Assembly (NCBI RefSeq): GCF_009914755.1
Contig: NC_060926.1
Direction: 5' to 3' (one strand)
DNA: 64,000 nucleotides
Origin: the human T2T-CHM13v2.0 reference genome, Homo sapiens
Part shown: piece after piece, positions 43,114 to 58,009 of the stretch
Numbering within the stretch: position 1 is the stretch's first letter
Layout of the letters: each line of letters starts with the position of its first letter
Program-made: the position numbers and the translations under genes
The notes under the pieces: model-generated
Seen by the model: the letters and a program-made list of their open reading frames with translations, nothing else
Databases searched by the model: none
Told to the model about the DNA's origin: nothing

Positions 43114-46100
43114 AAGACAAAAGAATAAAACCTATCAGAGTCAGGTGCTAATTTACCCATAATTATGTACGGTCTCATTATATGATCTTGTTAAAGTTTG
43201 TGATAGTGATTATATATATGTGTATATATATGTATTGAGACAAAAATCTCTAAATGATAAAAATAATTAGTAATCCAGGACTCTTTATAGAGAAGCTCTC
43301 TATAAAGATGAGAGAATTTTGGGGGGAAATTATGACTTCTTGATACTTTCAATGGGCTTTCGGCTATGAATGTTTGAGATTCTCATGGTGCTGCATTAAG
43401 TCAAAGTATTCCATGTAAAACAGTGGTACTCTTGGTGGAAGCTAAAGAATAACCTGCCTTGTAGTCTCTGATGTTTCAAAAGAATCTGCCCAAACATATG
43501 ATCTCCATCAACTGTAAAGTTAGGGCCTGGAATCACACCTTTCATTTTCTTTTTGTCTCCTTTAGCAGCCCTGAAGAGTTTTCACCAAATTGCAAACTGG
43601 AGTCAGGTAATAATGTTTGTTTCTGAGCTTTCAGAGGAAGCTGTTTATTTTAGTAGGCAATTTTCATGTGTGATGAAGTGAAATGTTGAGAAGGCAGCCT
43701 CTCATCAGTGGACAAACAATGCCTAAGAATTTAGCTAATGGCCCCCCTTCAGTGCAGAGAATAGATGGTAACAATTGGACTTGCATACTAGACCCAGAGC
43801 TACTTGTTTGGCTGCTAGGTGTTAATGCAAATTTGTTCTTCAGCTCATTCAACCCTGGGGCTCCCATCCTTTGATTTAATTAAATGTAATTGGTTACATT
43901 GCTCCTCCCAGGCCCCCGAGGTGTTTTTGTTTATTGCTTACTCTTTGCAATAAAACTTCAATTCATGGCACAAAATGCTGGATAAATAAGAGTCTTTTTT
44001 TCCTGTGTTGGATTTGTTGGGAGATTATTTCTTTCAAATAGTTTGGCTTTACTGTTAAAAGTAAATGACCAGTGAAATAAACTCATTGGGTGGCAAATGT
44101 AGCATATCCAGAAGCAAGGAATTAAGTAGGGTAAATTACATGAGATTAGGAAAAGATAGGAAGTTGTAATGTTAAATTAGTAAAGATTTGCAAAAGTACT
44201 ATAAGAGCTATCAACACTGTAAACAAAGCTTTAATAAGTGAGATTATCATTTTTGTAGCACGTTATTAAAAAGTTACTTTAAAATTTCAGTTATGAAATA
44301 CTCAATTTATTTTGTAATCATACATAATTCTCTTACAAATATGCAGGTGGCATTGATTCAGGATAAAAGTGAGAATAATATTGATTTAAATTAGGTCAGC
44401 ACAATTAACCTATTCTTTTTAATGAGAGATATTTTCCCTCTGAAGTAAGTATATATATTTTTTCTACCTGAAGATATTATAAATAACATTTTTTGGTAAA
44501 CTGATACTTTTTTTTCCCCTTTCAAGTTTTAATCTTAATTTGAGAATTGGGGTAAATTAACTTTGTATTAACTTCTGAGGAATAACTCAGAAACTTAGGA
44601 AAATTGAGAAAATATTATTAGCACTTCCCAATTCAATTTTAAGTACCAAATTGTATAAATGACTTTTTTCCCTTTTTGTTACTGTCAATGGGATAAAATG
44701 GCCTCCAGAAGCTGCCATTTATTATAGTGCTAACTGGTTAGTTCCTTTGTTGCTTTCTTCTTTCCCTGGTCTTTATTTTTCCCTTTTTTACTGTAGAGGT
44801 AACATCAGTGACATTTTCATTAGTGCAATAGACTTTCTAAATCTTGCTGTGTCACAGGCCTAACTCATATCTCTTCTGATGGAAAAAATGAAAAATCTGT
44901 GATAAGAACCTAGGTATTCCCAGTGCAATATGAAGCTTCAGTTTCCCACAATAGGATTGTTTTGCAGAAATTTTTTTCTAGGCTCCTCTCACATTCTATT
45001 GTTGAGATACTGGGGTTTTAGGCTTATCATCTTGTGCTGTCGGGTTAGGCCTTTCTTCTGGTGGATGCCCCTGATGAAAACCAAGTGGTAATAGACAACT
45101 AGAAAACACTCCCATTGGGAAATGGGGAACTAGTCTAAGATGTTAGCTCAATTGTAAGTGTTCAGAGAAGAAATCAAGTACCCAATTTACTTCCTGGAAA
45201 TGAGCTGTTAAAAAGGCTGTGCTTCACTTTCAGAGCAAGCTTTGTTCAGCTCCTACCAGCTCAGGTATAGGCAGAAAACCCAACTGTGGTCCTGGGTCCA
45301 AAAATCTTGGATGGAAATTACAGGCTTTCTTGACAGCAAGGCCAGGATGATTTAACTTCTTGGCTGGTTTAGTCGCATCTTAAAATAACTCTTGCCCCAC
45401 ATACAGAGAAATAAGAATGTTTAAAATATTATAATGTAGTGGTTACTGAGGGTTTCCTTTGTAAATGAATGTAATGTCATAGACAAAAGGGAGAGAAATG
45501 TTCCAGTGGTCTTTTAGATAAAACCAGATACTCCTGTACTTGAGTAATTTTCCTCCCTGCACACGGGTAATAATAAGCCCATTGCCCATCCCCTGACTCT
45601 CCTGTGACTCTCCTGAATCCACAGCTTTGATTGGAAACTCTCAACCCCTGACCAGCCTTGGGAGCACTGATTACGAAGGCACCCCACATACTTCCTTCAT
45701 AAACATTTGGCAGATCAGGAAGTGCTGAAAAGCAATGCCCCTGGGTCTCAGAAGAGAATACTGGTGGGAGAAGAAATAGAACATTTTCCCTCTTGCAGCT
45801 GTCAAAGAGTGATTATGTCAAATGGGTTTTCAAGGAGCCACGAAGTAATTACAGGGTAACTTCTTGACATTATTTTCCAATGTTTGACTCAGCAGATGAT
45901 GATGAATTGATGCATATTATTTTATGGCTCTCTGAAACTTTGTTTGATACTTCAGATAGAGGCAGAGCTAAGTCTTCACTTAGACTAACATAACAAAGTT
46001 GCCTTAAATTTTAACATGTTAACTCTTTCTTTGTAATAGATGATTTCCTAAACTAACTGGTCTTCTGGTTGCTAATAGAGACTGTGTTTGAGCTAACTTT

Positions 46101-49100
46101 TCATGTAAATTAAAAAAAAAAAAACATATGCTTTCCAAGTAGTGTTTCATTCTTTTACTAAGATGTTACTGTTAATTTTCCGTGGCTATTGTGAGAATTA
46201 AATGAGTTAAATAATGAAAAGAGCTTAATAGTTGGCACATGGTAAATGCTCAGTAACTATCAGCTATAATAAAACATGACATAGTAATCATTAAACTCAG
46301 AAACGTATTTCCTTATATTCTCTCTCAAATGTTGTCCTTTTGGCAGAGAGGAATTTGAACACCCAGCTCATTTTCTTGTGTAGTTATGTTACATTAGAGC
46401 TGGTCTATCTATTGGTTTATATCTTTTTACAAATTTTAGTTCAAGTTAAAATAGTTGGGAGTATTTAAATACAGTGGACTTGAAATACATATATATATCC
46501 TTTTCCAGGGTGTATTTTATATATGAATGTCTAATATTATTTGATTCCAAGCAAGTAATTGATTCAGGTAAGCCAAGATCTGGACATTCATGACTGATGC
46601 AATAGAAGTGAAGAAAGATGAATTAACATAGTAAGTAATACATATCGTGGAACTTTTACTGAGTTTGTAAGCTTTAAGTGTATTTTTTTTTCAAATCCAA
46701 GTTGTCAATGATATAAGCATTTTGTGATCTTAGGGTTTTCATAAGTTTGTATACGAAAAGCTGTTTTGTAGCCAGAATGTTTCTTATAAGAAAAATGGAA
46801 GTGTCTGACATTATGAGAATTTGTAACACTTTTTGCTTAGTCTGAATTAAAAAAAGTCTTAAGTTTTATTTTTGCCTTTGTTTCAAGCAAAATAAGTTCT
46901 ATATGCTGACCCTAAACTGTTCATTAAAAAATAATTATACTGAGCATGATAATGTCATATGAATGACTTGGTATAGCATGAACCACTAATATTTGATTAA
47001 CTTTTGAAAACATGCTTACATATGGCTTATGCAAGTAAGTGCTTTTGAGTAGAATTTTTTAAAAATTCAGTTATCAATGTTTATTCAAAGTATTATTTTT
47101 CCTCAATTTAAGAGAAATCTTTTAGAATCAAAGATCTTGCTATAGTGGGATCTCACCATGCCCTTTTACATACCAAATACATTCATCTGTCTGGTGGTGT
47201 GTCTGTGTGCCGTGGTTTGTAAATAAATGTGTGTTTTGTAAACAAATGGAGTAGGTGAGTTGTTTGTAAGCTGTGCTGCTTCTGCCTGCCAACTAGATGT
47301 ATCATCAACATTCCAGGTACAAAAGATGTTTAACCAGTTCAACTGAATAGTCCTCCTTTGTCTCCACACGTATTTCACAAAGAAAAGATGCTGCTTTCAT
47401 GGTAACAGAAGGATGGTAGTCTAGGGTTTGCAGTGCCGTCTTCATTATGTGTATGCTGAATGAAAAGAAACCAAGTATTCAACTGTGGGCTGCTGTACGT
47501 TTGTGAGGGATTTTTTTTTTTTTTGGTGTTGGTTGAGGTTTCCATTGATAGAATATTTTAGACTTTTAAAAAACCATCTGTTTATCTGAAGCACAGGAAG
47601 TGCATCCGTCTGTTGACTTTATTAAGTGTATTGCAAATAACAGATGGCTTAGTATTAGGTTTGCTCTTCTGTAGGAATTTGTTGCTTCTAAAAGTAACAA
47701 ATTTTTGTCTTTCAATATTAACTCATTTAGGATATTTGGACTGATGTTTGATTTCATTCTAAAATAAAGCTTTCATTGACAATCTGACCTAAGCTCTCCA
47801 TTTATGCCCTAATTGTAATATTGTCCTACTGTATGGTAATTATCTGCTTACTTGGCAATGTCCTTAGCAAAGAAGGTAGTGACTTTGTCTTATTCAATAT
47901 TGTCTCCCCAAGATCAATTAACACAAGTATGTTGAATGAATGAAGCAGCTTTGTGTGTGTGTATATGTGTCTGTGACAATCCAGAAGAAACATCCAGAGA
48001 TGCTGTAAATTCCTCTGATTTAGGGATTGGTGAAATTCAGCTATTTTGTGAAAGCTCTCCTCCCATTTTTAGATAAAGGTTGCTAATAGGTTTCCAACAA
48101 AAAATGGCAGAAACCTAGACTGCTAATTTACTGTTTATGTTTTCATATATTAAACTAGGACCCTAAATGAAAATATCAGAGTAGCATGTTAATCACAATT
48201 TGAGGTCAAGTCAATTAGAAAACATTATAAGTAAGTTTGCTGTTATTTCCAACTTCATATAATGGCATCATTGTCTCTGGGGCACGTATGTTTTCAAATA
48301 TGAGCATCGTTAGGTTCTTTTGAACAACGGTACACCATCTAATGAATTTACATACGTAAATACTACTAATTAACATTGGTTTATTATTTTGCATTTCACT
48401 GCTATTTACTAACAGATTTCAAGACAATGGACAATTTTGTAACCTCGATTTTATAAAAACCACTAGTATTTTTGGTCCCTAGCAACCATTTAGTATGTAA
48501 ATTAGGTATTCTCAGGCTTAATGTACTTCATTTTTATAAAACAAATACATCATTAATCTGATTAAGTTCTTGGGTGGAAGTGCTGTCCTCAGATCATTGT
48601 GGATTATTTATTGTTGGGCACGCATCCAAAAAAAAATTCAAGCATGGCACTTACAGTCTAGATTTAGGAGAATTGTTGAAACCCCCTAAATGACATTTTC
48701 CAGAAGAATAGAAAGGCACTGCTTACTTACAATTGCAAGCATTACCTAAAACTTAATGATGTTCTTATCCTTAATTACAACTCAGTTGGATGATGATTCA
48801 GTGCCTGAAATTATGCCATGTTTTGCTTTGATGTTATAAAATGTATAATGAAATAAAGGTGATCCGAGTGAATCAAAAATAGATTCTGGCTTTCCAGTAG
48901 TGACTTAATCACTATGTTTCTGACTTCACAACTTGCTTGACTGTCATGGCTATTATTTGGTATGTCTTTAGCTTTTAGTCAAATTTACTACTTAAGAAGT
49001 GAGAATGTTTAATTTTAAGGTTAAGGAAAGTTCATGATGTTCTCATTCACATAGCAGAAGGACCTTTTAAAGAAAGCTTAAAATTATTTGAATTCTGCCT

Positions 49101-49323
49101 TTTTAGTTCATAGTTTACCAAGTTGTATATCTTCCTTTTGGAGGTAGTCTTTGTCTAATGGAGCACGACATAATAATGGTTTTCATTTACTGAATGTCTC
49201 CCATAGTACTTCATTCAGTTTGCCTAGAAATCCTGTGAAGTTCGTTATGTTTATACCCATTTTACAAATGATTAAACAAAGGCTCTGTGAGGTTAAGCAG
49301 ATACCCAAGGTCATTATAGATAG

Positions 49324-49700
<377 letters not shown>

Positions 49701-49762
49701 TAGGGCAGATAAAGAAAGGGGACACCAATTTCCAAGGCATGCTAGGCTGGGATCATTTCAGA

Positions 49763-49970
49763 CAAGGATTGGGAAACTTTTTCTGTAAAAGGTCAGATAG
49801 TAAATATTTTAGGTTTTGAGGGCCACACAGGGTTTTTGTCAAATATTCTTATTTTTAATTTTTTTTTTTTTACAAACTTTAAAAAATATAAAACCACTCT
49901 TAACTCCAGGGCCATACAAAAACATTCTGAGGGCCAGATTTGACCAAAAGTCCTTAGTTTGCCAACCTCA
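49763..49970. mobile_element. MER58A-like hAT-Charlie MITE
   Basis: aaactttttctgtaaaaggtcagatagtaaatattttagg..ggccagatttgacc..tagtttgccaacc. Confidence 0.8.
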
Positions 49971-50823
49971 GATTTAGGACTGTGTCAGTAAGCCCTATAG
50001 GTATCTATTCTCTCAGGACTATGTGATTACAGTCAACAATAAAATAACTTATATCCATAATAGTGACTTTTAAACACTAAGAAAATGGATAAATTATGGT
50101 TCTCTATGCCCTATTTAAGAAGGCTTGCAAGTATTACATCTTAGATTTTCATCAAAAAAATAAAAATAAGGTTTTGGTGTTTATAATGATATTTTAGGTA
50201 CCTGAAAGATTCAACTTTTTGAAACACTTCATTTCATAACAGATAAAATGAAAGGTATTATTACAAGTGGATTTTGACAGTTACAGAATTTATAACATAC
50301 CATTTTAGTTTCATACCTGAGCGTTTAATTTTATTTTTAAAAATCTTACCTCCTTGATATTTGAGTGCTTACTATTCTGTCCAGATTTTTCATATTGCAG
50401 ACTGTTACTTCCTTACCCACCCCCCAACAGTATACATTTTATTGAAGAATACAAAGGAGTAGCTGAGAAAATGGTTCTTTATCCTTCTTAAGAAAAAAGC
50501 ATTTTATAACAATAGGTATCAGTTATCTGAGATTTTTGCTGATAGATTAATGTTTATATACATATGAATGTTTCTTTCTCCAACTCCTTAATTCATTAAC
50601 CATCTATTTTTGACAGGCTAAAGTGAATCAGACTTCTGCTTCAATCCCTTTGCTTAAAGAGGCCCCAAGCAGGGTTACTGGGGGGATAGTTGTTCTGTTG
50701 GGGAATAGGGGATGGCAAGGGACCTGGGGCCGTCAAACCAGTAGTTGAAAACGTTTTTTATTTAATTCCTTTATGTCCATGTTTTTCTGATTTCTTTGTT
50801 TTTCTTCAAGCCATAAGCCGTTA

Positions 50824-51145
<322 letters not shown>

Positions 51146-51299
51146 TGATCAAACAGGATTCAGATTCAGAGAACTACTACCTTCTCTGAGTCTTCTTTTC
51201 TATGTTTGCTCCTCCAGAGATCCACCAAGTAATGTGTGTTTTTTTTTCCTGCCACCTCTACTGGTTTTTTAATAAAGTAAAAAATACAGACAGCTTCTT

Positions 51300-51510
51300 A
51301 TTCCATGTTCTAAGCTCTTTATATGTATTAGTTTACATTATCTTGGCAGTAACTCTTTGAGAAAGGTACTTATAGCCGCATGAGAAAACTAAGGCACCAA
51401 GAGGTTAAGTAATTTCTTAACTAGATCAAGGTCACTCAGCTAGTAAAATGGGGAGCTGGGAGTTGAACTCAGGCAGGCTAGCTCCAGTGTTCATGCTCTT
51501 AACCATTCCT
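51300..51510. mobile_element. MIR
   Basis: atgagaaaactaaggcaccaagaggttaagtaattt..aaggtcactcagctagtaaa..ttgaactcaggcag. Confidence 0.75.
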
Positions 51511-51959
51511 CTAAACTCTTTCTCAACTATAATACTAGACTTGCATCTTCCTACTATTAAATTCAATATGAGTGAATTTGTTTCAGTAAAACAACATTAT
51601 TCATTACATTAAATTGATAAGTTAAGTTTGAATATAATTGGTTTTGAAATTTCATTTGTGTTTAGTTTATAAACTTGTTTTGGTTTCATGGTTATATAAA
51701 AGCTATAACTTTGAGGAAGTTTTACTTGTTTTTGTGCATAATAATTATAATTACAAAAATAATAAGAGTTAAAGAGTAGTCCTCAACAACTATAAATTTT
51801 TTCCTATTCATTTACATAACATTGCTTAAGTTTAGGAAACACTAGTCTGTGACGTAAAGTTAGGCTCTTAATGCAGTATAGAGTTCCTTAAAGATATGAT
51901 CCCTACCTGTCTTCAGTTTGATTTCTCACCATTTCCACCTTTATACTTTTTGACACTGA

Positions 51960-52115
<156 letters not shown>

Positions 52116-52844
52116 CCAGGTGTGCTTTTTGTTTGCTTCAACTCACCCTTGCATAGGACTGTCTCCTCTTATCTGCCCCTCCTACTGGGAAAATGGACAC
52201 GGCATCCCCTTAACCCCTTGCCTGATCTTGGTTGGTGCCCTTTTTTGGTAACCGCATAGTGTCCTGTGCACCCTTCTCTCATTTTACTCACCACATTGTT
52301 TCATAATTTTTGTACCTGTTTTAATTAAACTGATGACCTGAGCAAAGGGACAGGTACAGAAGAAACAGCTATAGTGAAAAGTAACCATACTTTCCTGGCC
52401 AGTTAGTTTCATTTTCTTGAAGCCACCATCTTTTTTTTCTCACTGTCTTTTGGAACCCAAATTGAAACCACCATCACTTGTTATTAAAACATTAAGAACT
52501 CTCATTGGGACACAGTTTATTATACTACATTCTTTCTCGTATAATTAGATCCTTCTCTTACCACCCCAATGACTTTATCCTACAATTAATCCTCTCTCTC
52601 TCCTACATCCTTAATTCCTCCTTCTTTGTAGAGTCATTTCCATCAGCAAACAAACATGTAGTACTTCCCTTCTTAAAAATAATTCTCTCTTGACCCCATT
52701 TCCAATCTAGTTGTTGTTCCACTTCCCTGCCACCCACCTCCTCTTTTGATTCCTTTTTATAGAAAAACTTTTTGATAGAGTTAGTTCTAGTTGCTTCCCC
52801 TCACATTCTTTCTGCTGATACTGGATTCAAGAAATGCCAATATG

Positions 52845-53077
52845 GGCCGGGCGCAGTGGCTCACACCTGTAATCCCAGCACTTTGGGAGGCTGAAGCAGG
52901 TGGATCACGAGGTCAGGAGATCGAGACCATCCTGGCTAACACGGTGAAACCCCGTCTCTACTAAAAATACAAAAAATCAGCCGGGCGTCGTGGCGGGCGC
53001 CTGTAGTCCCAGCTACTCGGGAGGCTGAGGTAGGAGAATGGCATGAACCCGGGAGAGCAAGACTCCATCTCATAAAA

Positions 53078-53110
<33 letters not shown>
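52845..53110 (+). mobile_element. AluY with an internal right-arm deletion and (TAAA)n tail
   Basis: AluY diagnostics (gagaccatcctggctaacacgg); TSD aagaaatgcc(a/g)atatg; junction gaacccgggag|agcaagactcc. Confidence 0.92.
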
Positions 53111-53112
<2 letters not shown>

Positions 53113-53789
53113 GAAATGCCGATATGCTGGGAGGACTTACATCCATCTGAAAACGTTTCCAGGGCTTATGAATGCTATAAGTCAAGAAATGTCAGGAGCC
53201 AACAACAGAGTTACTGAATGAAACCCCTGAAGATAAATATTTTCTACTTGGAGACAAAGGTCTCATTGGCAGGCTCAAGCCTCTCATCTTTTCTGACAGT
53301 GCCTCCATCTCATGGGATATGGCTTCTTATGGCGCAGGTCAGAATGAGAAAGGAGAGTGCTTAGAGGTAAAGAGTGTTGAATTAGAAAGGGTTTTATTTG
53401 TTGTTGTTTGTGTTTACTTATACAGGTCTTATAAAAATGTACTCATTTGAGCTGGACTTGGGATGCTGCATCCTCTAGTCCCATGATTCTAGTGCAGCCC
53501 ATGATTTCCTTGAGTTTCCTGAGGTTCTAAAAGCCAACTTGGGCTCTTGATGTAACCTCGGGACCTCAGGGAAATCACACAAAGAGTGGGTCTTGATAGC
53601 AGTAATAGAAAATACGGTATTATTTTATTTTTTGGATGAAGAACCCAACATTCAGATTGTCCCCAGGGCACCATGCTAGTAAATACTAGTAAATGTCAAT
53701 GCTGGCATTTGAAAACCAGATCCTACCTCATAGCATGTGCTCTTCCCACTCTTTCACCTATAAAAGATACACAAACACTTTAAGTCTTA

Positions 53790-54013
53790 AGCTGCACTAT
53801 CCAATATGGTAGCCACTAACTCTATGGCTTTTTAAATTCTAAATTTAATGAATTATGATAAAATTTAATTTAATAAATTAAATCAAAATTTCAGCTCCCC
53901 ATTTCACATTTCTCAATGCACATTTCAAGGGCTCAGTAGCCACATGTGGCTACTATATTGGACAGGAATGATATAGAGTATTTCTATCAGAAAGATGTAT
54001 TAAGACAGTGCTA
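53790..54013. mobile_element. MER3/MER33-like hAT-Charlie MITE
   Basis: tccaatatggtagccacta..cacatttcaagggctcagtagccacatgtggcta..tattggacag. Confidence 0.75.
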
Positions 54014-55939
54014 CTTCCTTTCCAAGACATTAATTTTCCACAGTAGTATCACATACTCTTAGAATTCTGTGCTATTGGTATTGATCGTAATTGTAGAACC
54101 TTTTATCCCTTATTTTTTTTATTATCCATTTTTAATATCATGGTATTATTTTTCACAGAATCCCTCTTTTACTTGGTGTAGTCAGAATTCTCCATTCCTC
54201 CTCTTAACTTACATTTTCTCTTTTCTTAAAATGGCCTGTTTGGAATTAGCCTTGCCACCCCTACTAATTTGAATTCCACATCATGAAATGAAAGTTCCTA
54301 CTTTGTGCTTACCTGGCCAGTACCTGGGGGAATTCACCTATTAAATCATATTCTTCCCCTTAATATATTCCTTTGGTTCCTCTTCCTTAACAATTTTTTT
54401 CTCACTTATTTGGTGTCTGTTAAATATCAAAACACTTTTCCTGTGACTCAATATATGTTTATATGCCAAGTCTTTTTTTCAGTTTGAGGTACTTGAAGTT
54501 CGTGCCTTTTCATTTGACTTGCTGGAAAATAGTTATTCCTTCCCTACATCATGAGTTTTCAGGATTAAAAGGTTTTTTGACCTTTAAATTGTAACTAATA
54601 ATTTGCCTAAATCAGTGTTGCTGGGTGATAACATCTAGGATAACAAGTGAGTTACAGGTTCACAGTGATGACTCGGAATTAATCCTTAGCCTGTGTCATC
54701 AAGCTTGCAAATAGAGGAGTCTTTAGAACTAAGACTCTATCTGCTTTCTCTCATGGCACACGGCATAGTACCAAGCATTTCATCTTGTGCACTCAATAGA
54801 TGTAGATGATTAACTGTATAAAAAGACTGCGCTATCTTAGGGTAGGGTTAACTATCTCTTGATACTTCTTTTTTTTTTTAAACCCAACACAGACTGAATA
54901 ATATAGTGCCTTCGAATATCTTTCAGATTGGTGCATTGATATTTGTAGATATAATTTCAAATTTAGAAAGTGCTTGGTCTTCTGCCATATCACTCTGTAG
55001 GTATGTATTCTCCTTATATAACTAGTTGTACTGTAGAAGGTGATTTGGAGCCTTACAGCTTTAAATCATTCTTGCCTTTTTAATATTTATAAGGAACCAC
55101 AGTTTTCTGTGCATTTTGACATGGTAGCTTTTATACTTGAAATAATATAATGGCAAGGAAAATATCCTCTTTTATCTAGACTTCTAAGGCTTAAGCTTTG
55201 TTTTTTGTTTTTTCATTTTCTTTCAGCACCTGCGGTATGCAGCTATATACAAGGCTGATGGAGAGCAAAAGAGGCTGCCCGATAGCACTTTAAAGAAAAG
55301 TTATTAGGCTGGTCTTCAAATTGGCCCTTGAGAAGCAGGTAGCTCCCTTGCTACTAAACAGATGTGCTGGTAGCAGCTTGGGAATAAAGAGCAGCAGCAG
55401 AGTCTGGCCCAAATACTCATTTTTACCCAAGCAAGACTCCAGTCTGAGAGAAAAAGAACTGCTTAGATAAGGTGAATGAAAGAGAAGTATGTATGACTCA
55501 GTTCTTTCATTTGCCTTGCAAACCCATCTGTGGCTCTAGTGGAGAGCAGGTCAGAAGCCCAAGAGCAATGGTTATCATTTCCCATAGAGTTGTGTGTATA
55601 TATATACACACATATATAAAGCAAAATTATATACATAAAAATGATATATATCTCTCTATACATACATGTTCGTATACATATTTTACATCTGCTCATTTTG
55701 CTTTGTTAGTCTAATGCCAAGGTTTCTATGAGTATGGCACCCTTGTAGTCCTTCACAGAACAGACTTGAAACCTATGGTTTCTAGGCACTAAACGTTATC
55801 TCTTGCTACTAAGCCATATTGTATTCCTCACATTCTCAGGTCAAACCTTTTGATGACTCCTTGCATTTCAGTATAATGTTAGCTCTGTCTTCAAGGGCTC
55901 CTCTTAATTCTCTGACCGACTTCTACTGATGTTTCTAAA

Positions 55940-56205
55940 TACAATTGAAATGCTACCTTCTTGTTAAAGCCTTTCCAAATTCCTTCAGGCCAGTGGTTCT
56001 ATCCCTTGTGCTCCCAAAGTACTTAGTTCATCCTGCTGTTGCAGCACTAGGCACCTACTGTAATTATCACTTTATTTGTCTGTCATCCCTCTCTCTGATG
56101 AGCTGCTGGAGCAGGGATTGTTTTCATATCCTTAACATCTAGCACAGACCTAGACTTCTTAATAGGTGCTCAATAAATGAGTGACTGCAAGAATAAATGA
56201 ATGAA
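55940..56205. mobile_element. L2 3' fragment
   Basis: gagctgctggagcagggattgttt..ctagcacagacct..taggtgctcaataaatg..gaatgaat. Confidence 0.65.
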
Positions 56206-58009
56206 TAAAATATACCACCTCATGTTTGAAATGTACTTGAATTCTTCCAACCAGCCTTTTCTTTTGTGCTGCTTTTCTTTATCTTCTTCCCGGCAGCACG
56301 TTCTTCTGTCCTACCTGGTAGATTTTAGAGCTTAGGAAATACGTGTTTGAAGATTTAAAATATAGTTCTTTGAACTCCTTAGAGGAAAAGTCTATGAATA
56401 AATAATTAGACTCATTTCACATCAAAATCTAAAGTGTGAAAAAATGTTCGTATCATTTGGTGCTTTATTCACTTGTATGGTAATCTAATGGCATACCCAT
56501 TGTTAACACTGAACTATACTGAAATATTTTACTCTCAGGGCTTTTCATCTGACAAAGGAGGCTTTTTGAAAATGAAAAATCACAGCTCCTGTCCCTGGTA
56601 TGCTATGGGGAAATTTATTAGTTTTGTAATGCATGGGTTAATATTACCATTTTTTTATATTGAATATTACTTGAAAAAATTACTATTAATATCACTGCAG
56701 CATGTATGTATATAAGTCCTGTCATCTTTGGGGTATGTAAATCAGGAATGTTGCTGAAGAACTACTTAGCATTTTCTTGGGGGTGAAGTGCTTAGTTTTG
56801 GAATTTAATTGTAGGTTTTACATTTAAGCTGCTCAGTATTACTCTTCTAAAGGTTCTATAAATTTCTTGCTTTGTAGTTTAACAGGTTTAGTCACCACAG
56901 TTGAAAGGCATCATCCTCATAATGAAGCCAGAGAAGAATAAAGGTTGATCATGCAGGGCTGGCTGGCTGTGACATTGAACAATAGAGCTTGACTTCTTCA
57001 TGTCTGTTAAATTAGACTATGGGGTGTGCTTATCTTGCTGCAATGATACTGAATTGTAACATGAAAATGTTATGTTGTGCAGCTCTGCGAAGGGAGTTCA
57101 TCCGTTCTCACCTCATATGTATGGCAAAAGCTTTAAAATACTGCTGAAGCTGCCTAGTGGGCTTAAAGTCTAATGGCACAGAATTGGGCATAATAATGAA
57201 ACAAATAAAGAAAAAGTGCAAAGGCTTTTAAATGTCTTGTACAATTTTATTTATAGTAGTCTTTTAAGGGTCTAAGGCAGAACACAAGAAGGGTATGCTG
57301 GAAAAATTCCATTTGGAAGAGGTCTTTGAAGGAGATAAGTGTTACGGCCTGAAGGAAAAGTAAGAAGATATGTTGCGTAGGTGAGTGATTTATTCTAAAC
57401 TTTTCTACACGTGTACTTGATACATACAACTCAATTCTTTAAATATTGATAAAATACCTACTATGTTCCCAGCACCGTGTTGGATACCATAGGAGATTTT
57501 GAAAGAGCATTAAATTCAGTCCTGCCTTGAGCAATTTAGTATTTTTTGAGGCGACCGAAATGAAATCCATGAAATAATTTCTTAGAATTGTCGGATATGT
57601 GAATGACAGTATTATAAGCTGTCAAGATCATGTAAAATTTTGATTCTGTTATTATATGTATCATTCCCAGATGTGTCACATGAGCTTTTGATAGGCATAC
57701 CTTTTATGTTTTCAAGTCTCTGATAAAAATGTTAAAAAGTCAAGGCCATGGTTAGGTTAGGGGCAAGAAAGAGCCTTCTGACACTTCCCATACTTGTTCT
57801 TCACACATGCTTTTTGTCTACTTTTGAACCTGTGTTATTTTCTAAATGTGTATAAGCCACAAATTAGTAATCTGTTACAAAATTTTATCGTGGATGTTAA
57901 GCTACTGTTCAAGTTATACACACATACATGTGTGTGTAAAAATCTGGATTAATATTCTAGTTCTTTCAGAGCAATTATCCTGCAAATCCTGCCAGGTGAT
58001 GGGAATAAA

